A stretch of 62,674 bases of DNA, filler included, from Basidiobolus meristosporus CBS 931.73 (Eukaryota; Fungi; Basidiobolomycota): assembly GCA_002104905.1 (NCBI GenBank). It is 3 parts of 3 records of this genome, joined end to end, with 100 filler letters (N's around TTAATTAATTAA, not from the genome) between each part and the next. Parts side by side here need not be neighbours in the genome. Positions count along the whole stretch, not along the records: positions 16,104 to 32,214 come from MCFE01001130.1; positions 32,315 to 62,674 come from MCFE01000851.1; 1 more part is not named here. The stretch is one strand, 5' to 3'. A program made the position numbers and the translations under genes. Below are positions 24,786-39,940 of the stretch, piece after piece. The notes below the pieces were generated by a model that made no database searches, was not told where the DNA came from, and saw only the letters and a list, made by a program, of their open reading frames with translations. Each line of letters starts with the position of its first letter. The first letter of the stretch is position 1.

Positions 24786-27700
24786 CTGGTATTTGGATAA
24801 ATTACTCAATATAAATGGAAGTAAATGCATATCACACTATAAACTACACTAATACTTACCGTTTTGGTTACCATCTCTTCAATTGGATGGTATCTCAGTG
24901 AATAATAGGTCCAAAAGTATCCTGAAGCTATCAGCCCCCTATTGGCTCTTTGACCAATACACAAGCTACCTGATTTGCCATCAAATATCCCATTTTGACC
25001 ATTAAGCAAGTAAATCCCTGAGCCTTGTGATTGGACAAGATGCCATAGCTAGAACTCAATCAATTGGTTTGGTGCAAAACAGATCAAATGGCTGCACGGG
25101 TGTTACAGATGATGCATATATATGCAGGGTGTTCATTTATAGGGGCTTTGTCTCAAATGTGAGACAACCTTGATATTACATATATCAAAACTTAGTGATC
25201 ACTGACTTGCAATGGCTTGATTGAGATTGCAAAAAAAAGCGGTATATGGATGATGACAAATAATAGCAATTCAATGTAAATGCGTCATCTTCTTCAAGGT
25301 TTTTTTCTCAAAGGGATTACTACTGAAGCATTTGGTAGTGAGTCACTTTGCACACCTAAGCTACTACCTGGTTGCCTATCATCTTGGCTACTTGTGTGTT
25401 TATAGTCAGTATTTTACCTCCTAATTGATGAGTGCAATGCTGAAACTTGGCCACACTTAATTGCTTCAGATGATGCTACTGCAATGGCCTGCAGTGCTAA
25501 GCACTGATGAGTCCTTTACTTGCCAAAGGCTCTGGTGGTGAAGGCACTTCATGTGGGTCCTCATGAGTCAGTTCACCAGAAGTAACTTGCTGATGATCAG
25601 GTGTATTGGCATGTGCAGGTGCAACTTGATGTGTTGGCATGGCCCTTGGCTGAGTTTGATGTGATGCTGCTTGTTTACACAGCTTGGCCCACTCCAGTGG
25701 ACTTGTGTCTAAATGAGCAGTTTGGTGAGTTCCGGTGGTTTTATTCTGAAGCATGTGCCTTGACCCAGCACATGTAGAATCAATGCAGGGCACTCTTGTA
25801 AAGGGCGTTGGTGTAGTTTGGATTGACGTGTGCTGGCACGCTGAAGTCTTAAGGGATAGTAAGGAATCCAGCAAAGTGTGCTAGTGCAATCTGGATGCTG
25901 TTGCTTGCGGTCTGTATTCTTTTTCTTGAAGCTCACCTTGTGATTCCTCAAGGTATTCACTTACCCTCTGTTTGATACTTTGGCACTGTTGCCTGAATGA
26001 GTCCGGGGCATATTGCTCTTGGAAGCCACTTAGCTCTACTAATATATCATGTGGTACATTAGTCATTTGAGGCAAAAGCACATTCAAAATCTCTTTGGTT
26101 CCCAAAGTTGAAGCACAAACAGACACATCTGGCCTGTACTGAGCAAATTGCGTGCATAATCATTCCTGGGCAGCCTCCTCATCAAATCCCCTAACTCTCA
26201 GCTCATTCATCTACTGGCATCTTGATGTAGAACTCCTGCAACAGCTTTCTACTCATGTTCTTCCATCCCAGTTGACTCTCTGAGGTATCCAGTTTGCTAT
26301 ATTAATGAGTAGTGCCCAAATATCTGTATGAAGGCTCATCATAGACACCTGAGCCATATTAAAATTATTAGGCAAGAGCTCAAACAGATCCAACAGTGAC
26401 TTCTCTGGTCCAGGCTGCACTTGTGAGCTGGGGGATGGGTTTTGTCTGGGTTGTACTAAAGATGAGTTAAAACTTAGTATTCAGACAATAGTGATAGATT
26501 TGGATACTTACACAGTAGTGTATCGGTATCAACCTGGTCTTGTACAAAATATATATGAAAACTAAGGTGATTGTTGAATTTTCCATATATTGTGCATGAT
26601 GCATCTTGAATTGCATTGAAACAGATTGGATCACATCAATCAGAGATTTCCTATTTAATTATAGACTTGTGAGTAAAGTATCAATAAAAGTACCAAGTCA
26701 TTGTTTGAGGAGGATTTTTGCAACATAATGATGGGATACATGGTAATTGATGGAGATTTAGTAATAATGCATGAAAAACAGATAAATAAAGCTGATTGCA
26801 CCAAATCAATTTGAATCTTCTCAGCCCAATCACCTTCCAATTTGAATATGACCTACTCATCTGAATGGTCTTTTCTCATCAATACCATTGCTACCACTGA
26901 ATTTCCTTTTGACACACTATAGGAGATCTATACCAAGTACTGTGGGCCATCTACCCCAATCTACTCAAGGAGATCCCTTATAAGGCTTCTCTACTATTAC
27001 AAGAACTATTGCACTACAAGGTTTCATCCCACCATCCATGGCAACAAAAGTCCTAGAAGCTTTCATTCCCAGCTGACAGCAATGGTGAACCACCTTGCAG
27101 AGGGTATGAATGAATTAGAATAAGCTTGGAATACTAGGTTCAGAAGCTCCAATGGACCACCTTATTCCAGAGTATTCAGTACCAGGCTAAGTATAAGGAG
27201 TATTTTGGATACCTTCCCAGTGAGGATTAACAGACCTTCTAGAGGGCAGAGGCACTTTTATTCTGGCAAGTACAAGGCACACTGTGTGAAGTTTCAAGCA
27301 CTGTCTGACATTGAGGGTAATATCATTTTGGTTTAGTGGGCCATTTACTGGAAGTAGACAAGACAAAGCGTTCTGGGTAGAGAATCATCCAGAATTCAGT
27401 AGAGGGGAGAAATATATGACAGACTTGGCTTATATAGGAGAGCATTCTCAGAGATTAAGATGTATCACAGCTTATAGAATGCCAAGGGATGGTGTGCCTA
27501 GCAAGAAGCAGCAGCTCTACAATGATATATTTAATCATCTCAGAGTGAGGGTAGAGCATACATCTGGATATCTGAGGAGATTCAGCAAATTGACTGGTAA
27601 ATACACAGGAAAGTCATATATAGGAGAAAACAGCAGAATAGGTAAAATAGTCAAGATACTATCAATGCACAGTATATTCTCACAAGAAGACATTCACTGA

Positions 27701-27913
27701 GAGAAATGTGTCTGGAGCACTATGAAGAGTTAGTAAGGCAAGAAAAGCACTATTCTGAGCAACATAAGTAAGAATGAGTAAAATTACCAGTGAGTATATC
27801 CCACCTCTGGCATTAGGGTAAAATATAGTGCCAGATGGCGCCCTAGAGTGGCTGATTAATCTGGCACTATAAACAAGCTAGCATGATGTGGCACTCCCCA
27901 GCAGAACAAATCT
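24786..27913 (+). mobile_element. Harbinger-like transposon copy 2, old and degenerate; left ~240 bp removed by the Gypsy-1 insertion
   Basis: Collinear with 20101-24045; ORF2 and transposase (26848-27731) both have stops or frameshifts; decayed TIR CAGCAGAACAAATCT followed by AAA. Confidence 0.85.
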
Positions 27914-29260
27914 AAAGCCCACAGAAATGCCTATCACCGCATAGAAGGGGGAAAATGCAGTGTTCATACCAAAGCCAAAAAAACAAAAGACATTGAAGAT
28001 CTGTGAAGCTGCTCTGTGCAATAATAAAGAGTGGGTTGATATGCAGGTGGCTGTTAGGAGTCTAGCATGTCAACACCTTAAGGCAGAATGCACTTGACTT
28101 GCTCCATGAGTATTGTCCTGGATTCCAACCAGCAAACTTTTGAGTCAGCATTGGCATGCTAAGAAAGTATGTGAAGAATTTCACACTCTATCACAGGTAG
28201 AAGAACAAGGGTGGAATGCCTAAAAACCAGCAGTTTCCTTTAAAGCCTGTTACAAGCCAAGCCAAAAGGTCCAAACAAGTGTCAAAGAGGCATCAGATAG
28301 CTGGAAAGGTGCCAATAAGGGAAAAGCTGGCAGCTACAAATGCACCAGCACAACATTTACCAAGGAAAAAGGGTGCTTCTACTCAAGAAACACTCAGTCA
28401 CAGTAGGATTGAAGGATCTGGCAGTGATTAAATTATGTTGATACCTCAGGAGCCTGTCTCAGTATGGGCTGAATGCTCAAAACAAGTGTGAAAGAAATGG
28501 CAGGTTGCCTGCAGAGTGCCAGCAAGCGACCAGCAGGCCTAACAAATGCATTAGAGCATCATTCATAGAGGAGAAAATGTAGTTCAGTACAAGAAGCACT
28601 CAGACAAAGTAGCAATGAACAACCTGGCAATGATTGAGGACAAGGTAAAGGGGAGAAAGTCCACCCAAGCCACAGACAGGTAAGGGTAAGAGAAAAGCTA
28701 CAGGTCTTGCCAATTAATTCTGTAAGCTCAGAACAGACTGAGTCCCATCATAGCCATAAAGAATTACCAATAGTAACACAGCTTTTTTGCATGAGTTGGA
28801 AGTGTAGTCAGTTGAGCTACACTCCAGTGAGGTAGATGAGTTTGCACAGAAAGGCTATTTATCTACCACAGCCTCCATATCTTCCATTGTTGACAGAGTG
28901 GAGATCCCACTAACAAACAAAGTAACAATGTCTAGAACTCCAAAGGTTATCACAATGCCTTCAGTGGAAGCTTGGAACATTAATATGCACACCAAGAGGT
29001 TGCAGCATTTCTTCAAGTGCAGTGCTCAAGAAAACACATGTAAATATTGCAAAGACTGGCATATGAGGAGCTAGACCTTGCATTACCAGCTGAGGACCGG
29101 GATGCATGCAAACCAGTGAATTAACAGTAGCATAAAGCCATAGGGCTCTACCAAAGTCATAGAAACAAAGTGTTACAGTAGAAATACTTATTCAGTGTAG
29201 GATTTAAATGGAGCTACTTGTTGAGGGTGGGGTTTGAAGTAATGTTAGTGTTGGGTATAG
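27914..29260. repeat. Unclassified degenerate repeat, same family as 1-800
   Basis: 28700-29260 aligns by eye with 250-790; no intact ORF. Confidence 0.55.
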
Positions 29261-29628
29261 TGTTACAAGTCTTGGTATAAGAGTTGTAGAGGAATAGGGA
29301 GTTTAGCTAGTATTGTATTCACTAAAACTTGAACTGATTTTTATTGAGGTTCCAGCAGCTCCTTATATACATTTTGCCAGATCAATTGCTGACTAATTGT
29401 ATTTCCTAATGTAGGTTGTGGCTGATGACTCATTTGATTGCATCATCATCACCCAATAAGATCCTACTTAATATATCTTTTTCTGTCTGATAAGGATCTG
29501 CTGATTCATTTGCTGACTAATGCTACTGATTTCATAGATAATACTGATATACTGATAACCTAAACATATACTAATTGATTTGACTAAAAACTGATCTAAC
29601 TTAAACATTCAAGCGGCAGATCATAACA
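29261..29628 (-). repeat. Gypsy-2 3' LTR (368 bp), with PPT (GGGGAGAA on the minus strand) at 29629-29636
   Basis: TGTTA...TAACA ends, immediately after the pol stop. The host repeat at ~790 shows the empty site after GGGTATAG. Confidence 0.8.
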
Positions 29629-29638
29629 TTCTCCCCTA

Positions 29639-32214
29639 CTAAAGTTGAGAGAGTTCTCCTGAATCTCTTTTCTTGTGATACCAATATCTTGATGGTTCAG
29701 TATTATCAGCAAGTCTTGCAAGCTTGAGTCTGTCCCTATGCACTAAGTCTTCCCGGATATTACCTTGCTTGTCCACCAGTTGGTAAGTTGCAAATGGACA
29801 TTCTCTGATGATCTTGAATGGTCCTGTCCATTGTGGCTCAAACTTCTTCCGAGTGTTGTTTCTTAGCAATACAAAGTTCCCAACTGTCAATGCTTCTGGT
29901 GCTATAGTCTTATCAAATCTCTGCTTCATCTTTTCTGCACTTTGAGATACTTTGGTCTGTGCCTCTTGACGTCTTTGTTCCAGTTGCTGGTGTCTACTTG
30001 GCTGACTAAGTTCATCTTCTAAGGCATCTGTAAGCTTGGGTTGTGTGAGATCTCCTGGAATCCTAGGTTCACATCCATAAACTAAGTAAAATGGTGATTG
30101 CTGGGTGGTGTTGTGTACTCTGACTCTGCATGCAAAGAGTGCTTGGTCTATATACTCATCCCATCTACTGACAACTCCATTTGCATACTTAGTCAGCATT
30201 TTTCCAAATAATCCATTAAACCGCTCAGTGACTCCATTAGTTCTGGGGTGATATGCCGAGGTTTTCAAGTGTCTGATCTGCTGCATTTCCAGGTAAGCCT
30301 CTAATGTCTTTGCCATAAAGTTTGCACCTCTATCGGATAAGATCTCCACAGGGCATCCAAACTTCATCAGGATCTCATGGTAAATGAAACTTGCAACTTC
30401 TTGTTCACTGGCTATTGGTACGGCTTTAGCAACTGGCCATTTAGTGGCATGGTCAATAGCTACTAGGATCCAACGGTTACATTTCCTGGTAGTTGGCAGT
30501 CTTCCAATAAAGTCAATTCCCCATCTCTCAAATGGTCTTACAGGCTCCAAAGGGAAGAGTTCGGCAATTCTTTGTGGCTGGCCTTGATTGATTTGGCAGT
30601 TTGGGCATGTTTTTACTAGCTTCTCAATGTCTTGTTTCATTCTGGGCCACCATGCTCTGGCTTTTACAAGGCTATAGGTTCCTTCAATCCCAAGATGTCC
30701 ATATCCATTGTGTAGCTTATGTATTAAATCCAGGCGAGCAACATAAGGACAATAGGCAATAGGGCTTCCATCAACAATTTGGTAGAGTGTTTCATCCTGT
30801 ACAACAAATTTGCTGGCTTCATCCCGGATTATCTTCTTGATATCTTCATCCACCTCATTAGGAATGGCTTGGTCCTCCAAGTACTTTGGTAATAGGCTAG
30901 GCCAATCTGATTCATGCACCAAGTTGAGTTGTGCAACTTGATCTAATCTTGATAAGGCATCAGCAACCGTGTTGTTTTTTCCAGGGCAGTAGACAATCTC
31001 CAGGTCAAATTGCTGAATGTATTCACTCCATCTTGTCATTCTTCTAGAGAGTACCTTCTGAGTAAATATATACTTGAGGGAGGCATGATCAGTCTTCACA
31101 GTGCATTTGACTCCTTCAATATAGCATCTCCATGTCTTCAAACAGTGTATTATAGCAAGCATCTCCTTCTCATGGACTGGATAGTTTTGTTCTGCTGAGT
31201 TCAGTTTCTTGGATTCAAAGGCAACAGGGTAGTCCTTTCCCTCGTGTTCTTGGCTCAGCACTCCACCAATTGCATAATCTGAAGCATCTGTGCATAGAGT
31301 GAACTCTTTTCTGAAGTCTGGTATTCTTAAGCTTGGTAACTTAGCAAGTTCATTCTTTAGCGTCTGGAAGGCAGTCTCACAAGCTATGTCCCACTTGTAG
31401 GTATTCTCTTTCTTGAGGATATCAGTTAAAGGGGCTGCAATACTTGCAAATGACTTGACAAATCTCCGATAATAGGAAACCATTCCAAGGAAGGATCTGA
31501 GTTCTGATATGCTATGGGGCTGCTTCAAATTCTTGATTACTTCCACCTTCTTGGGGTCTAAGGTTACTCCTGTGCTAGTCACTATGTGTCCCAGATATTC
31601 TACGTGTTCCTTGAAGAATTCACACTTGGCTAGCTTGCCGTATAGCTTGTTCTCTCTTAGTTTCTTCAAGACCTTTTCAATGTGCACCATGTGATCCTTT
31701 TCTGTCTTGCTGTATATCAATATGTCATCCAGGTAGATTATCACAAACTTGTCTAAGTACTCCTGAAAGACAGTCTGCATCAGCGTCATGAATGTTGCAG
31801 GGGCATTAGTGAGGCCAAAACTCATGACTAAGTACTCGTAATGTCCATATCTGGTCCTGAATGCTGTCTTAGGGATATCTTCTGGTTTCACCCTAATCTG
31901 GTTGTATCCTGACATGAGGTCGATCTTGCTGAAAATAGTGGCTCCATTAAGTTGGTCCAAAAGCTCATCAATCCGAGGTATGGGGTACTTATTCTTGACG
32001 GTAACTGAGTTCAGGGCTCTGTAGTCAATGCACATCCTAAGTGTTCCATCCTTCTTTTTCACAAAAAGCACTGGTGCTCCCCAAGGTGACTTGCTGGGCC
32101 TGATGTATCCTTGCTCCAATAGCTGATCAATTTGTTTCTTCATTTCCTCCAATTCCAATGGACTCATTCTGTAAGGTGTCTTGCTCACTGGAGGGCTATC
32201 TCCTGTGTCAATGG
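29639..32214 (-). mobile_element. Ty3/Gypsy (Tf2-like) pol, open RT-RNase H-integrase frame of at least 849 aa, truncated by the gap
   Basis: [45 protein letters not shown] (H..GHLG..CPNC), GIDFIG/LSDRG/TERFN; no stops and no chromodomain. Confidence 0.95.
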
Positions 32215-32314
32215 NNNNNNNNNNNNNNNNNNNNNNNNNNNNNNNNNNNNNNNNNNNNTTAATTAATTAANNNNNNNNNNNNNNNNNNNNNNNNNNNNNN
32301 NNNNNNNNNNNNNN
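32215..32314. other. Assembly gap (N run with TTAATTAATTAA pad)
   Basis: N run. Confidence 0.95.
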
Positions 32315-32816
32315 TACCTGAACTTCCAGTCCCAGACCACAGGACACTCCTAGGAAACCATGCTGACAGCCAACTGACTTTGGAGGCACTACTTGTGAGG
32401 AATACTCAGAATAGGTACCTTTTATTATAATTGATTCTTTTCCAAGTATGTTCTTGTACAGGCAAAGATACTTTTCTGTCTTTGTAACTATCGACCACAG
32501 CTGCATTCTTATCAAGTCCCTGCTGGTGAAGTTTACAACTGTTTTGACTTTGAGAGCTTTAGTATATTGTCATCTCAAAGGATGCTGAGCCCAGCACATA
32601 CTTTTGTCAAGATGCCAACTAAGTTGGGGATTGTAGCTCAATGGTTTTCCCTTGACAAGCTTGTGGTTTTACTCCCCATCACATTGGATTAGAGACAGTA
32701 CTCAAGTATTCCTAGCATGCTTTTGCCAGAGGTTATGGCACCTTGTGAGCACCCCAGAATCATCACACTTGAGAAGTGTTGGACATATCTCTCCCTTGGG
32801 CTTATGCACCACCACA
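32315..32816 (+). repeat. Gypsy-1-family LTR (solo or 3' LTR), truncated by the gap
   Basis: Reverse complement of 19534-19859 plus 24046-24210; ends ACCACA with no PBS after it. Confidence 0.8.
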
Positions 32817-34300
32817 CCAGATATATTCTGGCAATATTGTGTCTAAAGAAGCTCATGCTGTCCAGAATATTCTGCAAAGCTATAAAGTACCACACTCAGT
32901 ATCAGTTAAGTGCAAACATACCCAATATACTCTATGGCAAACATTGCAAATAGCTAAGATGCAAAGGCAACTTTGAAGGTATGTATGGCCATGCCTTTGC
33001 TTTAGCACTTGATGGATTCTCATTAAACAAGTACCCTACCAGCAAATCCTGCTGTGCACCAATTCTTGACAACCCAAATCTGCAGCCTATCTTATAGTAT
33101 CCGAGCCAAAATTTGATCATATTTGCACTGGTATCTGGACCTAAATTGCCATCCAACCTGGATAGCTACCTGTATCTATTGCTGGATAAGTTGTGTATGC
33201 TTTCCAGCAGGATAAAAGCTAGTGACCATCATGTCAAAGCACATATTATTATCTGCATTGGAGATACCCCAGCCATCAGCAAGATAGCAGGTTTTTTTGG
33301 GCACAAGGGACAGTATTGCTGTGAAATGTGTGAGATCCAGAGGATTTACTCCATAACCAACACGCATTATTATTACCCAAACACTAACACTAAAAACATT
33401 ATTTTCCCACAGATAGAACATACCAAAGTCAGCATGCATTTGCAGCAAAGTTGGCAAGCCATAGGCAATTGGCCAGAATATAGAATCAATTGGAAACCTG
33501 AAATACTTAAGATAGAGGGTATCTCTTGAAGCAAAAGCTTTCCACTAGCAACAATACATTTGCTTTTTGACAATATCCCTACACTGATAACCAAGTTGTA
33601 CATGGGGCATTTTGAGCTAAATGGGCCCTTCAACATACTGGAGAAATTTGAAAGAATTGGGATGATAATAACAAGTATCCATTATCCTAAGTACTTCTCA
33701 CAGGTTCCAATCAATATTCATATGCATATGCAACAATATAGATGCAAAGACTGAATGAACTAGATAAGTATCTATTGAAGTGAAACTCTGAAGCCATTCC
33801 TACCATGAGTACATTGGAAGCATTGGAAGTCATATGTAGACATTATAGGGATATTTATCCAGAAGCAGATCACCAATGCCAACTTGACACATTTACAGCT
33901 GTTGTGCAAGGAGTTTGTAGTGGGACTTGAGCAACTATACTACAAATATAGAGCTGAACACATAGATCTTGGTGGCTACTGTATTCATTCTCTACTCCAT
34001 CTTGCTCTGCTTGTGGAGAATATTGGGCCTTTGATTTATCTTTTTGGAGTTTCCTATGGAGCAGATGTAAAGGGAGATAGACAGATGAATCAAGTTGCAG
34101 GTACTACCATATCCCAATCTTATCAGGAATATTACCTTCAAGTCTACCATGGATGTGATGAGTTGACACATGGTGGCCAGTCAGAAAGTGTTGGTAAATA
34201 CTAAGGACAAATGTGCACATGGAGGCACCTATGCCTATGGCACTAAGAAGCTAAGCAGCCCCAATGTGTAGGTAATCAGTAAAGTAATGCAAAGTTGGGT
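32817..34300 (+). mobile_element. CACTA/En-Spm (Transposase_21-like) transposase relic
   Basis: SGPKLPSNLDSYL, IGDTPAISKIAGFFGHKGQYCCEMC, IHSLLHLALLVENIGPL; fragmented. Confidence 0.7.
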
Positions 34301-35199
34301 TGGGTGCAAAAAGCAACTAATTTTTATCAGAGAACTCTACCAAGGTATGCCGGATTTCTCATGGTCACAAGCCAACTTCTACACCATTCAATACAGAATT
34401 CACACAAACAAGAGTCAGAGCGCACCTATAAGGGGGACTAGTATCCAGCAGGGAGAAGGAAAATATTGGCCAAATGCCTAGATGTTTATTGCTGATACTC
34501 AGGAGGTACTCATGGCAGAAGTGGGAACAACCAAGCAAATGTTTACAAGCTGTATAGATTACTAGCAGTACAAGGTATATGGCAACTTTGCAAGTATCAC
34601 ACTAAAAAGCTGTAAAGTTGCAGTAATAGAAGTATGTGAATTACAACAGGTGTGCAAGTTTGTAGAGGTTAGTAAGCAGGAGGCCATAGTATTTTTTGAC
34701 TCAAACTATATGTGAAATACCCAAGGTAGTACTGGATAAGCAAATAAATAGGGGTGTTTCTATGGTGGAATATATGAATTGCACAAGGGGAGGTTGAAAA
34801 AGGAAATAACATATGGTAAATTGGTGTGGTAGCATTGTACAGAGCTAGTGGTAGGCTGCAATACTGCCATGACAATGCCATTGGAGCCTTGGCAAGAGAC
34901 TGTCAATACACTCTCAAGTTTTTTGCCATATAAGGCAATTGGATGTACTGGCTGCTTAGATCCATTCAAAGTAGTTGTAGAGTGCATTAGGACTGCTACA
35001 ATGCCATGCAATTATTGCTACAGCACCAATCAAACCTCATCAAGTTTTTGAAATTTATTGGGCAGTAAAATTAGCTAAATGCCATTGTGATCCCTTCAAA
35101 AGATCATTAAGAGGGTGAATAGTTCCAAGCTGCTGGTAGTATGTTGGTGTCCAAATGGGATCCTGACAGCTGATCTGGACTGGATTCACCTGCAGGGCC

Positions 35200-35465
35200 A
35201 AGTTATTTTTCATAGCAAGAATTGCCCTGCTGTTGGATGAGATGGAATATGTGGGTGTACCAACTGCTGATGAGGATAAGATAGTAATCATTCTGAATAG
35301 CCTGACAGACAAATTTCAGCGCCTTGTATCAGCCCTAGAGTCCAGAACTGAAGATTTGACCTTAAATTATGTACATGAAAGGCTCCTGGATGAAGAAGTA
35401 ACAAAATCAAGAGCCAACAAGAAGGAAGAAGAAAATGCCTTAATAAGCAATGCTAACCAACAAAG
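35200..35465 (+). mobile_element. Copia gag fragment (UBN2-like), 5' part of the Copia continuing at 43322
   Basis: ILNSLTDKFQRLVSALE..LTLNYVHERLLDEE; the gag zinc knuckle CNYCKRKGH resumes just after 43321. Confidence 0.7.
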
Positions 35466-35775
35466 TGTCATGATTACATGACAACCATGAATATGCATGC
35501 CAAGTTTCAGCTTCCTAGCTCAATTTCTAAGAGATTCCTTCTGGAACCTTCTACCACCTTCCAGAAAGTTCCTGTCCATTCCAAGCCACTGTTGCACAAT
35601 GGAACATTCCATGGAAGCTTCCCATTGTATTTCTCATAGTTCAGTGCCATATGTGGAAATAGCAGGTCACTTACTAACTATGTTATTAACAGATAGAAAC
35701 TTCAATAGCTCATTCTACGAACCAGCAGGAGGTGGAGATCCAATCTTATATCAGCATCTTTTCTGGTTTTTCGGT

Positions 35776-37787
<2,012 letters not shown>

Positions 37788-37795
37788 TAAATGGC

Positions 37796-37850
37796 AGGCC
37801 CCCCCTGATGGGGCGGGCGGTGGGGGGGGGCTCTTATGGAGCCCCCCCCC
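37796..37850. repeat. Mitochondrial GC-cluster / double-hairpin element
   Basis: Perfect 12-bp stem G9CTC-TTATG-GAGC9 (37822-37850), preceded by a smaller GCCCC..TGAT..GGGGC hairpin. Confidence 0.7.
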
Positions 37851-37860
37851 TTAACGAAGA

Positions 37861-39329
37861 GCTTACACCCACCCAGTCCTCAAGTCTTGTCACCCCTTCA
37901 TTCCTAGTAGGGATATCAGAATCTCAAGCCTCTGATAGAACTTCCAGTACCATCAAGAAATATCTGGAATCCCCAGTTGGGCCCCCTCACAAGTTCCCAA
38001 TCATCCAGAACCTGCATTTGGTAAACAACCTCATCTACCACAAGCAGCAGCTCTATGTCCCAGACCTTGCCACCCAGCTATACATCATTAAGTCTTGGAA
38101 TGATTCAATGGCTGCAGGCCACTTTGGTACTGGCAAAACCTTGAATGCTATCAAAGGAGACTTCTGGTGGCTTAGAATGATAACTCTTATCAAAGAGTAC
38201 ATTCTGACTTGAGATATTTGCAACCGTGCAAAGCCAGCCAGACACCAGCCCTATGGACTTCTCCAGCCCTTGCCTATCCCAGAACACCAATGGAGATATA
38301 TATCTATGGACTCCATTACTGACCTCCCTAAGTCCTGTGGCTTCAATGCAATACTTGTAGTAGCTGACCAACTGACCAAGATGGCCCACTTTATCCCTTG
38401 CAGTAAGAACACTGATGCAAACAAAACTGCTGCATTAGTCCTGAAGAATATTTTCCGCCTTCATGGTATCCCCAGTGATATTGTGTCAGATAGAGGCCCA
38501 CAGTTTGTGTCCAAGTTTTGGAAAAACTTCATGCAATGCCTTGGTGTTCAAGTCAAGCTCTCTACTGCCTTCCATCCACAGTCTGATGACCAGACTGAAA
38601 GAATCAACCAGATTCTAGAACAATACCTCCAGTGCTATATCAATTACCAGCAAGACAATTGGGTTGATCTACTCCCTGTTGCTGAGTTTGCCTACAACAA
38701 CTCAAGCCATAGTGCAACCAGCTTTACACCATTCTATGCAAACTATGGATTCCACCCTCAGTTTGATATCCAGATTCCAACAAACCCAATGAGCCCACAT
38801 GCGGCTGAACATGCCCAAGCAATACCAGGACATCCAGAATACCCTCAAGGAAGAGCTATCCTTAACTCAGGAAAGCTACAAGAAATTTGCCAATCTAAAA
38901 CCACATCCCAGCCCAGATCTTAATGAAGGAGATTCTGTATGGTTGCTCAGAAGAAACATCAGCACCAACTGCCCTTGTGACAAATTGGAATTCAAGAAAC
39001 TTGGTCCCTTCAAGATCAAGAAGAAGCTTAGCCCTATAGTATATCAGCTACAGTTACCAGCATGTATGAAAATCCATGATACTTTCCATGTGTCCCTGCT
39101 GGAGCCATATTGTAGGAACACCTTGCCAAACCGGCAAGAAGCAAAGCCCCAAGCCATCCAGGTAGACCAACATCACAGATTTGATGTTAAACAGATTCTA
39201 GACTCCAAGTATATCCGGTCAAAGCTGTACTACTTAGTAGACTGGATTAGTCATGGTCCAAGTGACCAAAAATGGGAACCAGCTACCCATCTCACTAATT
39301 GTCAAGAACTACTTACCCAGTTCCACTAG
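37861..39329 (+). pseudogene. Chromovirus integrase plus chromodomain, disrupted
   Basis: AAGHFG, WRYISMDSITDLP, IVSDRGPQFVSKFW, HPQSDDQTE, GPF motif; chromodomain FDVKQILDSK..YYLVDW..WEP; stop at ~38210 and frameshift at ~38815. Confidence 0.9.
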
Positions 39330-39940
39330 CAATATCCGGCAAAACCTGCCCCAAAGGGAAACCAAGCTTCCCCTTGAAGAGGAGAATAGTGTCATGATTA
39401 CATGACAACCATGAACACCCATGCCAAGTTTCAGCTTCCTAGCTCAATTCTAAGAGATTCCTTCTGGAACCTTCTACCACCTTCCAGAAAGTTCCTGTCC
39501 ATTCCAAACCATTGTTACACAATGGAACATTCCATGGAAGCTTCCCATTGTATTTTCCATAGTTCAGTACCATATATGGATATACCAGGTCACATGACTT
39601 GGTAACATGATCAGGTGACCCAGCCCATTTCCCCATCTGGTTTCAGTACCATGTCATCTATGTAATTATCCCCAGCACCATTGCTGTTCCTTACCCCACA
39701 ACCCTATTAGTATTAGCCTATATCTCTTGGCATCAGTATAGCCGGAAAGTATATAAAAGACTTGTTCCGTTGGATAGTGCCACATAGTGCCAGCCGGTTT
39801 ATAGTGCCGGATCGATCTGGCACTCTACGGCACTATCTGGCACTATAATTTCTACCATGATGCCAGTGGTATGATACAGTTACTGGTAATTTTACTCAAT
39901 CTTACTTATGTTGCTCAGAATAGTGCTTTCCTTGCTTTAT

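Noticed and set aside
34669-35050. Possible MULE SWIM-finger remnant on the minus strand
   Set aside because: Motif incomplete; too degraded to call.
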